Source of the DNA: the human T2T-CHM13v2.0 reference genome, Homo sapiens
Length of the DNA: 64,000 nt
Assembly: GCF_009914755.1 (NCBI RefSeq)
Contig: NC_060940.1
Reading direction: 5' to 3' (one strand)
In this document: positions 26,938 through 39,000 of the stretch, in pieces
How positions within the stretch are numbered: the stretch's first letter is position 1
How the letters are laid out: each line of letters starts with the position of its first letter
Notes under the pieces: model-generated
Told to the model about the DNA's origin: nothing
What the model saw: the letters and a program-made list of their open reading frames with translations, nothing else
Database searches by the model: none
Program-made: the position numbers and the translations under genes

Positions 26938-28315
26938 AGAGTCAGATCTGAGATTTGACTCTAGTTTCCTATGACCCCAAAGCCTGTGTTTTCAACCGTA
27001 AAACGGATGCATTACCTTATGGTGCTCCAGATCTCTTTCTGTACATGTGCCCAAGAAGGGCAGAGCCGCTTCCTGCCCTTCCTGGGACAGAGGAAGAAAG
27101 AAGACAGTGGACCTGATGAGACTTGCCCCACATCCCAGAGCCAGTAGGGGCTGGGCACTCTCCTAACTCCTTGTCTGATGCTCTCAGCAAACCGAACAGG
27201 CAGACTTCTGGAGCTGCAGGGACAGTAGGCTGCCGGCGCGTCACACCCAGCCGGGAAAGAAGCACCTAACTTCTCCCGATTTGCTCAGCCCACTTCCAGC
27301 ATGTGCTAATATGCGAGGTTGGCACCAGGGAGGGTGTCGTCTGGCAGTGCTATCCTTCATATGGAACATTAAGCTGAGGTCCTGCACAGTCCTGAACATT
27401 AACCATCCCCTGGTACCCATGAAGAAGAGCTACGGGTTTTATTAACCTCGGTGTCCTGGACGCGTTGCGCAAGGAGTGCCATCATTAACCCACCTCCAGA
27501 CGGGGGACAGGGGCCTCTTGGCTAGCTCTGTTCCAAGCACGCAGGCCCTACGAAATGCCATCAATAATTTAAGGAAACTACCAAAATGTGACCATAAAGG
27601 ATATAACTTCACCTCAAGGATGGTGATCCATAAAGATTTTGTGATAGTAAAAACTGCCCTTTGTTCTGTTACAAGCCCTTTGAAAGTTTCTCTCTCTTCC
27701 TCCCTCTTTCCCTCTCTCCCTCTGCATGTGTGTTTTGTAGTGGGGGTGAAGTCCTGTAATCGTGTTCCTGCAATTGGGATTTAGCTGAACTCACGGTTTA
27801 ATTATTCCTAACATCATGGCCATGGCACGACCCATTAACAACAGCTCAGCCTGTGTTAGGAAGTCCCCCTGGTAATCTCAGAAGCACATCATATCACTCA
27901 TTTTTTTCTTCATGTCAGAGATTTTTTTTCTCTACTTCCAGACATATGGCTTCATTATAAAAATGGAACAAGCACAAGAGCACCCCTCCGTCCTGACACA
28001 AGTTGAATTTAAACAGAGATCCAGTCGAGCCGCCCCACGAAGCCAGGTTGCTCGCGGCTTCGTTTCATGAATGCCTCAATTCCTGTGCTGGTTGATGCAC
28101 TTTTAATTTGCATCCTTTATGCAGGCTTACAATTTGCAGCTGACAGACAAGGAAAGGGGCGGGTTATTTCAGGGCCAGGAATGAGTATCAAGGATCCTAG
28201 GAGAGGAAATTCCTTCTCAGAGGGAGATCGACCCTCATGACAGTTTTACACATGAAGAGGCGGGCGCCATAAGAGAATGAGTGATTAACTACATGTATTT
28301 GGCTTTTTACCTTTC

Positions 28316-28341
28316 AAAAAAAAAAAAAAAAAAAAAAAAAA
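28316..28341 (+). repeat. Poly(A)26 with no attached SINE body
   Basis: Uninterrupted A run. Confidence 0.95.
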
Positions 28342-28346
28342 CCTAA

Positions 28347-28716
<370 letters not shown>

Positions 28717-28825
28717 ACATTGTGGCTTTTCTACTTATTATCTCATTGACTTTTAATAAGTTGCTTAAGTTCGCTGCACCTCAGTTTCCTTCTCTGTAAA
28801 CTGGAACTAATAATCTGTCATAAAC

Positions 28826-28980
28826 TTTCTTCCTTCCTTCATTCTTGCCTTCCTTCCTTCCTTTCTTCCTTTTTCTCATTCTTCCATCCTTCTTTTCTTT
28901 TTTCACTTCCTTCCTCCCTGTTTTCCCCTCCCTCCCCTCCATCCCTTTCTCTCTCCTCCACTCCCTTTTATTTCCTCCCT
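28826..28980 (+). repeat. CT-rich (TTCC)n low-complexity tract at an antisense L2 tail (L2 to ~29100)
   Basis: Pyrimidine tract followed by caaataatgtattaaacacctactgtattccag. Confidence 0.85.
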
Positions 28981-29284
28981 CAAATAATGTATTAAACACC
29001 TACTGTATTCCAGAAACTAAACTAGATACTAAGGATACAGAAAAGAATAAGGGGAATCCCTGCACCCAAAGGCTTCATTCCAGCTTTGTTAAGAAATCAG
29101 ATGGGGGGTCATATAAGAAGCACTTCTCACATTAAAAAGAGTTATAGAAAAAAGAATATTTTTATTGTAACTGTAGAAGTAGGTATTTTTTACTGCTTTT
29201 TTTTTTTTTAAATTAGGATTGCACATAGACCAGAGTTTTCAAATTGCGTGTGTCCCCACCTACCATAAGGGGTGGGTGGGTGGG

Positions 29285-29335
29285 GGAGTCACCTAGACTA
29301 CAGTGTGAACAGCACCTGGAGTTGTGTAGCAGGAC
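29285..29335. mobile_element. MER91-like fragment (hAT-Tip100)
   Basis: tcacctagactacagtgtgaacagcacctggagttgtgtag. Confidence 0.5.
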
Positions 29336-30026
29336 GGCATTGGAAGGATGATCAAACAAAAGGTGTCCAGGTTCTCCTCCTCACTCTCAACCTGAACAGA
29401 AACTCTTTTTAGGCGCCTTATAAATTGGGCTTGTATTCTAGGGATCCACTTCAAATAGAAAAAAACAATAATATTTGAAATCTAGTGATCTTGGGGTTCA
29501 ATAAATGCCTTTTAACTGAGTCAGCGATCCAAACGTTGGCATGGAAAGGAAGTCGCGCTGTTTTCTTGTTTTCCAAGAAATCTGTACAAGAAGACTCCCA
29601 GATAGCTCTGTCCTTATTCTGCACACTCAGAACATTTTCAATTGAAGGCTGAGAGACATCTGTGTTTCTGAGCCTGCCAGGTGTTTGTGAACCCTGTGTA
29701 GCCCACTGGAGCTGAGTTCAGCTTGCTCGATAGCTTGGCTCCAGCATTTCCCATGACAGGAGCCCGTGTCTTCACATAACAACTGCTGGGCTCTCTTTGC
29801 AGGCCCGAAGCCCACCCAGGAGGAGTGATTTGATTTACACGGAGTAGTAATAACCCTCAGCCAAACCCAGCTCACTGAATCCCTCTGTAGCTCCTGGCAT
29901 GGTATAAACAGCAACGCTCAATTGCCCAGAGGGTTGGCTGCAGCAAAACTTGGGGAGGAGGAAGAGGGTGTGAACAGAGACAGGAGAACAAACTTAGAAG
30001 GCCATCCCTACTCTACAGAGGCTAGA

Positions 30027-30655
30027 TCAGTGCTGTTCAGTGGATCTTCCTGCTAAAATGAAAATGTTCGATATCTGCACTAATCCCATAGCCACTAGCC
30101 AAACGTGGTGACTGAAGCCTTGAAGTTTGGCTAGTACGACCCCTAAACTACAGTTATTGTCAATAACTTAAAATTGTTAAAGTGAACTAAATATGGCCTG
30201 AGAAAGACTCCATACCTCTATATTTGAGTCCTTGTGGATGAATTGCAACCTAGCTTAATAGGTACACAAGATTGAAAACCTAACTTAGGAGTATGCACCT
30301 GTAACAACAGCAGAGTCTTGGCGAATCCCAGTGGCCATACTTCAACCACTCATACACTGCTGAGTGTTCAAACTGTGTTCAAATAAGGCAAACATCGAGC
30401 TGTAACCAATCCAGCCGTTCCGTACCTCACTTCCGATTTCTGTACGTCACTTCCCTTTTTTTGTCTATAAATCTTTTTCCACCACATGGCTGCGCTGGAA
30501 TCTCTGTGAATCTGTTGTGATTCTGGGAGCTGCCCAATTTGCGAATCTTTCATTGCTCAGCTAAACTCCTTTAAATTTAATTCGGCTGAAGTTTTTCTTT
30601 TGTCAAAGTTAAATAGCCACATGCCATCAGTGGCCATCATATTGAACTGAGCAAC
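30027..30655 (+). mobile_element. MER3 split by a MER57 LTR
   Basis: cagtgctgttcagtggatcttcc...atagccactagcc [LTR] ttaaatagccacatg..cagtggccatcatattg. Confidence 0.8.
30175..30605 (+). mobile_element. MER57-family (ERV1) solo LTR
   Basis: tgttaaagtgaactaaatatggcctgag...tttaaatttaattcggctgaagtttttcttttgtca; TG...CA ends. Confidence 0.88.
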
Positions 30656-30709
30656 TGCGAACACACTCCAAATTTCTATGAGTAAATCAGCTCATTGCAG
30701 AAGATCATT

Positions 30710-31195
30710 TCCTATTCAATTCACCTATGTGGTCCACAGATAATTAGTGTACCTTCAGTATGAATCGTGCCCTGCGCTGGGTACATATGTGGAAGGAAAT
30801 ACAAAGTTAGACAAGTCCCTGATCTCAAGGAGCTGCTCACATTCTGTTGAGAAGGTCAACCATGGCAACCAGTAACATGCATGGCTGTGACATGGGATGA
30901 GGGCAAAGAAAAAAGAGTAGAGTGAATGCAGGAAGGCTGCATGGAGGAGGCAGCATTTGAGCTGCTCATATAAGGTTAAAGAGTTGTTCATCTTCCAGAG
31001 AAAGGAAAGAGCCTGGACAAAAGCTTGAAACCATCGTGTGACCATAGATGGCAGACGACTTGTAGGGGCTGGGGTTTGGGTGTGAATCAGGCCTGATTGG
31101 AGGCAGAGAGGCCAGAGATAACCCTTTGCATAGAGGTGGATACCTGACAATGAAGGACCTTACGTGATGTTCCAGGGAGGTGGGACCTGATCTGA
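30710..31195 (-). mobile_element. L2
   Basis: gacaagtccctgatctcaaggagctgctcacattctg...ggaggaggcagcatttgagctg. Confidence 0.7.
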
Positions 31196-31269
31196 ATTTA
31201 GGATCCCTTGACTTTTCCTTAGATATCGGTCTTAGGGACCTTAAATGCCCTCACTAGTTCCATCCATTT

Positions 31270-31545
31270 TTCCTTCCTCCAAGACCAGCCTGAGTACTGC
31301 CTTCTGCAGAGACTTCCTTTGATCTTGCCTTTATTCACCAACTCCTCCCTTGTCCCATTTTAGTTTCCACTCCCCAGTCACTATTCAGGTGATTTTCCAT
31401 AATGTCCTTGATTTTGTTCGCCTTGCAGTTTTCTCACAAGACCTCGAAATCTTGGTGGCTGGGACCTCGCCTTTCTCGTTATTTTTTGTCCCTCAAGCAT
31501 TCAAGACAGGTGCTCAGTAAACAACCTCTTTGGTGAATTAATTGG
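31270..31545 (+). mobile_element. L2 3' end
   Basis: ccttctgcagagacttcctttgatc...aggtgctcagtaaac. Confidence 0.6.
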
Positions 31546-32719
31546 GTTTTCTATGTCACATCCCTATTGACTTGGACATGAACATCATCTAAATAATTCT
31601 AATTCCTGTATTATGAACACTTGAGTTATCTGCCCCATATCCATCCCCTGCACCTTTTATTTTGTGTAACCAACCTCAGTGTCATTCAAACAGGCCTCTG
31701 AAGCCTGCATGACAATGAACATTGGGGAAAGCCCTGGAAATGTTTGCAGGGCAGAAGATGAGAGCCCTGCAGGGGTCTGTTTGGGCTTCTTTTCATCTAA
31801 GTCTGGTGACTTTTTCCCTGAATGATGGAGGCAACCTATAAATTGAGGTGAATCACCTCAATTACAAGTCATTACAAGATTTAGCTGTGTGATGCCAGAC
31901 ATCTGGCCAACTCCAACTACTATCTTTATTTACTGAATTACTCTGTGCAACTTTCTAGACACACCATGATTTGGGCTCCCCCAGGCTTTTCCTCTTGCTG
32001 CTCACTCTTCCTGCATGTTATGCCTTTACCCACAGAGCTATTCCTCTTCCAGATCTCTACTCTGATCTTCAGGTTGTCTTCCTCAACCACCCAGGCAACC
32101 TTGGCACTCATTTCTGTGTTTCCTCTGCACCCTTTAAAAACATATGTAGTAGGGTCACCAGAGAGTTAGATGAGATGGTGTCTGGATGGTATGAAAGCTC
32201 CATAAGTGGCAGTGGTGTTGCTGTTGTTACCAGTACCACGATAATGACTCACTTTGTGCGACACCTTGCTTCCCTTGTGCAGACTGAGCACTTAGTACAC
32301 GTCAGGCAGAGAGTGAGTGTTTTCTAAATGATTGAAATATATGAGGATAGTCTCAGATGAATGAGCCAGGCCTTAAGATTCACAGGCCTGTGACTGGGGG
32401 TAATTTAGAAATAAAACATGCAAGTACAATATGGCAAAGATGAGCTTTCAGGGAGGCTGATGTCAAGAGCACAAGTTCACAACGGTGAGGTACAGTTGTG
32501 TTCAGATAAGGGGCCAGTTGACACCCTAGAGGGTATGATTACCGTGGTACCAGGTATGTGCAGGTGGCAGATAAGCCACCATGTGGAGGTGTTGGGGAAG
32601 GGCCCTATTGGCTTTAGGGTCCCCATGTCTGTGTTTCCTCCATTGTGAGTAGTACACAGCCTTGACAGACATTGGTTGAAATCCCAGCCCTATTGCTTGA
32701 ATGTTCCATGAAGTATCTA

Positions 32720-32882
32720 AATCAAAATTTATCCACCTGGGCACTGACATTTGGGCTGGGTAACTGTTGTAGGGGCTGTCCTGTGTATTGCAGGATATTG
32801 AATAGGATTCTTGGCCTTCACCCTTTTGGCCACAGCACCTCCCTCTCAAGTTGTGGCAGTTGCGCCCAGTTGAGGAGCACTG
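32720..32882 (-). mobile_element. MER20 (internally deleted) within a MIR
   Basis: gcactgacatttgggctgggtaactgttgtaggggctgtcctgtgtattgcaggat...ccagttgaggagcactg. Confidence 0.8.
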
Positions 32883-33454
32883 CTTCAAGCTAAGCCTTGG
32901 TTTTCTCAGCTATAAAATGGGGATCGCAGTTCCTGTAGATAGGCTCCAGCAGTTGTTGTTAAGATCAATGGAAGTAACATGTATGAAAGGGCCTACTCCA
33001 GAGCTTAAAGCTGTCCTAAAGGACAGAGGAAAGACAACCCTCCCCCATTCACACCCAGAGCGTTCTGGGAGGCGGCACTAGAGATAATATGGGAGGAGGT
33101 GATCCATCAGTGCTTGTCCTGAAATCTCACAAGAGTCAGCACCTTGGGCTTCGCCTTGCCCTGTAGGTATGTAAATAGGGGATTATCAGGGTCAGCATCT
33201 GTGAGAGTTAAAGCAGGAAGTCCCTACAGCTTCCTGTAAAAACACAAGTGACAAACTTGGATAAACAGTAAGTAGAGAAAAAAATATTCCTATATTATTG
33301 CCAGCCCCAAGAAGCCTCTCTCTCACCTTTTCTTTCTCATAAACTCATACATACTCCCCAGGACAAGTTGTGACATAAAACAGTTGTTACAAGCTTCCAT
33401 TATGGAGTTAGATTTGTGCTCCAATTCCAGCTCTGCTACTTGTGAGCTGTGCAG

Positions 33455-33754
33455 TTTTTTTTTTTTTTTTTTTTTTTTTTTGAGACGGAGTCTCGCTCTG
33501 TCACCCAGGCTGGAGTACAGTGGCGCAGCCTCGGCTCACTGCAAGCTCCGCCTCCCGGGTTCACTCCATTCTCCTGCCTCAGCCTCTCCGAGTAGCTGGG
33601 ACTACAGGCGCCCGCCACCACGCCCGGCTAATTTTTTTTTTTATTTTTAGTAGAGACGGGGTTTCACCATGGTCTCGATCTCCTGACCTCGTGATCCACC
33701 CGCCTCGGCCTCCCAAAGTGCTGGGATTACAAGCGTGAGCCACCGCGCCCGGCC
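33455..33754 (-). mobile_element. Young AluYd-lineage element (AluYd3a1_gib-like) inserted in a MIR
   Basis: 12-bp left-arm deletion (gagaccatggtgaaac), cacgcttgtaatcc, actcggagaggc; most CpGs intact; perfect 15-bp TSD gagctgtgcagtttt at 33444-33458 and 33755-33769. Confidence 0.93.
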
Positions 33755-34404
33755 GAGCTGTGCAGTTTTGATCCAGTTACTTTACCTCTCTGAGCTATAT
33801 CTTTCTCTCTTTAACCAGGGATAAAAATGAGACCTACTTCATAGAGTTATTATAAGCATTAGATAAAATAACATATGTCAATAATGTATGTATTTCACAC
33901 ACAGATAATCTCCATTGTGGGATCAGGTGCCTGAAACCCAGGAAATACTCGAGTAATATTAGTTATTTTCCTTCTTAGTAATAATATGGTCAGCAATCTT
34001 TCCGAAGAGGCAACCCCTACTCTGCCAGGGGAAGGGTGGTTTTGTGGGGTAAAGCACATTATGATAACACATCGTTCATTCGAGAAGAAAGATTGGCAAA
34101 AGTAGGCCACATTCCCAAATCCAGTGGGGAATCAGTGAGTGTGCTGAGATGGAAAGAGGATGAGCTTTGGGGCCAACACACCTGAGTTCAGATCCTGGCT
34201 CCATCAGTAGCTGGCCAAATGCCCTCAGCTGTCTGAGCTCACAAATCCATCCTTCCTGTACCTTTTAGGTCACTGCCTAGTCTAGTACTGCCTTTGCCAG
34301 CTTGGTGGTTGAGGGTGTATACCTCATACATTCTCTTACTTATCCACTTAACAAACATTGGCTGGGCTCTTGTTCTTTGCCAGACACTAAACCAAGTGTG
34401 AGAG

Positions 34405-34824
34405 TGTCTTGGTCCATTTTGTGTTGCTACAAAGGAGTACCTGAGGATGGGCAATTCACAAAGAAAAGAGATTTATTTGGCTTACAGTTCTCAAGCTGTA
34501 CAAGAAGCATGGTGCCAGCATCTGCTCAGCTTCTGGTGAGGCCTCAGGAAGATTTTGCTCATGGTAGCAGGCAAGGGGAGCCAGCATTTCACATGGCAAG
34601 AGAGGGACAAGAGAGAAGGGAAGATGCCAGGTTGTTTTAAAAATCAATCAGATCTCATGTGAACTAATAGAGTGAGAACTCATTATTACTGTGAGGAGGG
34701 CACAAAGCCATTCATGAGGGATCTGCCTCCAGGACCCAAACACCTGTCACCAGGCCCCACCTCCAATACTAGGGGTCACATTTCAACATGAGATTTAGAA
34801 GGGACAAATATCCAAACTATATCA
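34405..34824 (-). mobile_element. MSTB-like MaLR solo LTR inserted in an antisense L2
   Basis: tgtcttggtccattttgtgttgctacaaagg...tttcaacatgagatttagaagggacaaatatccaaactatatca. Confidence 0.9.
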
Positions 34825-34986
34825 GTGGGATACAGAGGTAAACAGACACGGACTAGTGCTCAAGGAGCTTGAAAGCTGGAAGGAAAACCAAAGTCTCAAA
34901 GAGATGGTTTGGGTAAGAGAGAAATCATAAGGAAAGATGCAGCTGGGAGCCAAGATCAAAATGGAGTTTTATTAATCAGGAAAAAC

Positions 34987-35362
34987 TGTATTAGACTCTG
35001 TAATAACAAACAACTTCCAAATATCAAAAACTTAAAGATGCACATGCACGTGATATCCATTGTAGGACCAGGGAACTCCTCCACGACACTAGTTCATGTG
35101 TTGTCTTAGCATTCTAAACTGTTCAAATCTTATGGGATTTCCATGTCATAGGGTGTCCCCAATCACTGAGGCAGGGGAACAGAGACCACAGGAAATTCTG
35201 CACCAGCTCTTGAATGCTTCCATCCAGAGTTGACATGTTTGTTTCCCTTTGCATTTCATTGAACAAAACTATTCCCATGCCCAGGCTTAACCTCAAAGGA
35301 CTGTGTGCCCTGCAGGAAGCGAGAACTAGAAATCTTTGAGAGCAGCTCTAACATTGTCCTCA
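34987..35362 (-). mobile_element. Old MLT1 (MLT1L/J-like) LTR
   Basis: tgtaataacaaacaacttccaaatatc...gctcttgaatgcttccatccagagttgacatg...gcatttcattgaacaaaac. Confidence 0.6.
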
Positions 35363-35475
35363 ACCACGGATGAGCTCACCCAAACATGGAGAGCTACACG
35401 GGCAGGACTCTTGTTAGTTCATTAGCACTTAGCAAAGTGCTGGGCACAGGATACAAGTCAACAAATTTTAGAGAC

Positions 35476-35650
35476 AGAAGGAAAGAACAAGGAAGGAAGG
35501 AAGGGAGGGAGGGAGGGAAGGAAGGGAGGAAGGACGGAAGGAGAGAAGGAAGGAGGCAGGATGAACAGGCAGGCAGGCAGGCAGGCAAGAAGGAGGAAGG
35601 AGGGAGCAAGGAAGGGAGGGAAAGAGGCAAGGAAGGAAGGAGGGAAGGAA
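35476..35650 (+). repeat. (GGAA/GGGA/GGCA)n purine-rich repeat at an L2 3' end
   Basis: Follows agcacttagcaaagtgctgggcacaggatacaagtcaacaaat (L2 terminus). Confidence 0.9.
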
Positions 35651-35924
35651 AATTGTTGGGTGGTTCAGGACTCTAGCCATTGAAAAATCTCTCTACTATC
35701 CAGGAATAGAGCTATGTGTTGGGGCAGAAGTCCCCTTAAATTAGGAATGGCTCAGGTTGTGAGGGAGGCTGGCAGAGATGCTGCCTTGCTCAGTGTGGTC
35801 AGCATTCAAAGCCTGGATCACTTTTCCTTCTGCAGCTACAAAGCAGCTTGCATCCTATGGTTGCCTCGGGGCCACTGACAGCTCTGCTCTCTCTCTAGGC
35901 CTCCACCCCTCCCTTCTGCTTGTG

Positions 35925-36065
35925 CCATATTAGAAAGGGCATGGGCTTTGGAGTCAGTTAGACCTGGGTTTGATCCTGGGCCCTCCCCTTTCTATTGGGT
36001 GCCTTTGGGGCTAGTTATTAAAAATCCCGGAGCCTCAGCTTCCTTATCTGTAAAGCAATGGCAAC
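35925..36065 (+). mobile_element. MIR
   Basis: atgggctttggagtcagttagacctgggtttgatcctgg...gagcctcagcttccttatctgtaaa. Confidence 0.8.
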
Positions 36066-39000
36066 TCTCAAGTCACAAACCCCTTGACAAATCTCAGCTT
36101 CCCTCTTCTCTCCAGGGGCCATACTCTTGCATCCCTTGGTGTATTGTATTACGGTCCTTAGAATGTCCCTCCCTATGAAAATCTGAACTTCCTACCAAGC
36201 ATCCCTCTTGGGTGAGGCCTTCCCTACCTCCTTTTAGCAAAGTGCCGTGTGTCTGGTTGCGCCCGAGCACAGCACCTGTCTCCTACCAGCAGCACTGACA
36301 GAGGGGATGTGCCCAGCTTTGGGTGGGCTGCAGCTGCTGTGTGTGCCCCTAAGCTGCCACCCGCGGCACAGGATGGAAGTGGGGCGATTGCTCACTGCTA
36401 ATAGTTAGACAACGACACCACCAGGAGATGGCTGAGCTGTGGCAGCAGAACTGCCTCTGATTCTGTTGTGGTCTGATGGAGTTCTTGGGGATTGAGGGAC
36501 CTGAATTAGGTCATCCCTTTCATTCATTTAGCCATGAGTTATTGGGAAGCGTCTCTGTGACAAGCTCCATGTCAACATGTTGGGAACACAGTGATATGTT
36601 CCCAGCATGTGAAACAGGCTTTACTCTTACAAACTCTTCGAAATATAGGTGCTTCTGTTTCTCTTCACGGTGATACACTACATTTGCAAGAATAAAAAGA
36701 AGGAAGTGGTTTATGGTTAAATTGCAAAAAAAAAAAAAAAAGATCAGGCATTTACTGTGACTTTCATAGAATTGAATATTTTTAAAGCTGAAAGTTTTAA
36801 ATATCCAGGAGGGAGTGGCCGTACCCCCACTCCAGTTTTACAGATGAAGAAATAGAAAGGAAAGACGTGACTCAGATATTGTTCCTGGGAGCGCGGTGCT
36901 CCGAATGGTCAGTTAGCATCAGTTCTGTCCAAGGCCAAGAAATGGAATTGGGATTAGAAGACCCTGCTGACCAGAGAGCATCCTATGACCTGAAGCAGCT
37001 TGCTACCCTCTCCCTGTAGAAAGTTGGGGAAGCCGCTGTGTTGTTTTTTGACTATTTCTTCATGGGTAAAGGGGAGACAATGAAGTGTTATATAGTTTTA
37101 GGAAGATGGTAGACAGCCTTTTGTTTTTTACTCATGAAGTATTACAGTGATGACTGTGACAACAATCATAATTATTCTTATTTGCACACCAGCACACCAG
37201 CTTTATATTCAAGTTAGAAACATGGAATCCAGGCAAACATGTTGTTTCCACAATGCCAGAATTCCCAAGACATGCTATGAGCCGAACTCACAGACGGAAA
37301 GGGTATTTTTTATGCCTTCTTTTAGCAAAAGTTATTCAGCCAGGGGCACACCATTCTCATTTTCATTTGAGGCTGAGGAGGTGCCTGCAGCCGACCCCTT
37401 CCAGCAGACTTGGGCGTTCATAGAACCTAATTCTTTAATGGACTCTGGGTGCATTTCTTGCTTCCATCTTGAGGTCATTAAAAAGCCTGTGGTGAATTAC
37501 ACCGACATAAACCTTTTATAGAAACAATCAGACATCACTTGGTAAAATAATTAGCATCAGAATAGCACAAAGTCAGTCTGTCTGCAACTTGGTGCCAAAC
37601 ATCAAAAGAACTCCTGGCAGTATCTATCCCCATTCTATTTTGAAGGTGGAGGGGATACTTCTCCCTCTCCCAGCCGGTTTCCAAGGGTGACCCAAAGGTT
37701 CAAGTCATGCTATTTGGATGTGCGATGTTATTATGGGCTGGCGGACTGGTGGTCCTCAAAGTGGGCTTCCTGCACAGGACCATGGGAAAGGGGACAGACA
37801 ACCGAAGGAGGGAGGGCTGGGGCGAGCAGAGGTTTGGGGGCGGGGGTCCCCAGCCCTACCGAGCCTGCCTAGCCTGCTTCCCCTTCTTGGAGCAGTACGG
37901 TCCTCCGTCCCCTCCCCACATGGCCCTCTAACTTCCTGCTTGGCTGTCAGAGTGTTTTCTCTTGTTGATCAAATATCAGGAGCTTAGTTTTGTTTACGGC
38001 TTTTGGATAAAATATCTCAGGAAAGGAGTGTCCCTCTTGAGGCCAGATAAGACGCTGCTGGAGAGCTCCACACGACGCGGCACATGTTACTTTCCACGAT
38101 AACGCATCCGTATTTTCGCCTGGAAATGGGAATTCTTAGAAATGATAAATTGCAGGGGTCCTCTGCTTCACCCCGGAGAGTTTCCCCCGACTGGCCTATG
38201 TGTGAGTGTTTTCCTCCTGCGCGGGTCTGGCCTTGTGCAAGAGGCAACAGATAATCAAATTGTTGAACTAAAAAAGAAAAAGAAAATCCTTGACCCTTTT
38301 TTACATCTCAAGTGTGCAACTGGCCTGAGGAAGAAAACAGGGACCTATCTTCATTGCCAGCCTGAAGCCGGATGATTCCCTCTCATTGTGTCTCGAGAAC
38401 ACAGGCTCCAGCGCGGCTGGGCTTGAGAGACCATCTTCTCGTGTCTCCTTTAATTTAGCTGATAGATATGAAAACGAGTTGAGTTTTAAAAATAAATAGG
38501 CATTTCTCATTATCTGGGGACAGTTTTCGGGCTGGGGCCTCACGGTCAGCTGGGAGCAGCCACAGAGAAAAAAAGAGCCCCTGTTCAGCCACACAAAGCC
38601 TGAATACCTGTGTCCTACGTTGGGGCTGGGGACGATTATTCACTCATTCTGTTGTGACAGACAGAAAGAAAATTTAGCAAACCACAAAATTTCCTAATTA
38701 GTGCGCTGGGAATTCTTCCGATGGTAATTTGGAACAAAGGGAGGCAGCCCCGTGGTGAGGGGGCAAAGGAAAGGAAAAATAAAATAAAATAAAACAGGAT
38801 AGATGGGGAAGGGCGGGAGGCGTGCTCACTCTAGGTATGGAAAGCAGTTCTGGAAGTTTTTCTTATGCAACAGAATTTTTTTCTCTCTCCTAGAAGCTGC
38901 TGTTCACATATGGCAACATGATCCCCGGGCGCCTACCATATGTAAGGACACAAGGTTTTATGACTTATTGTCGCTAAGATTTATGGAGATGATATATGAT

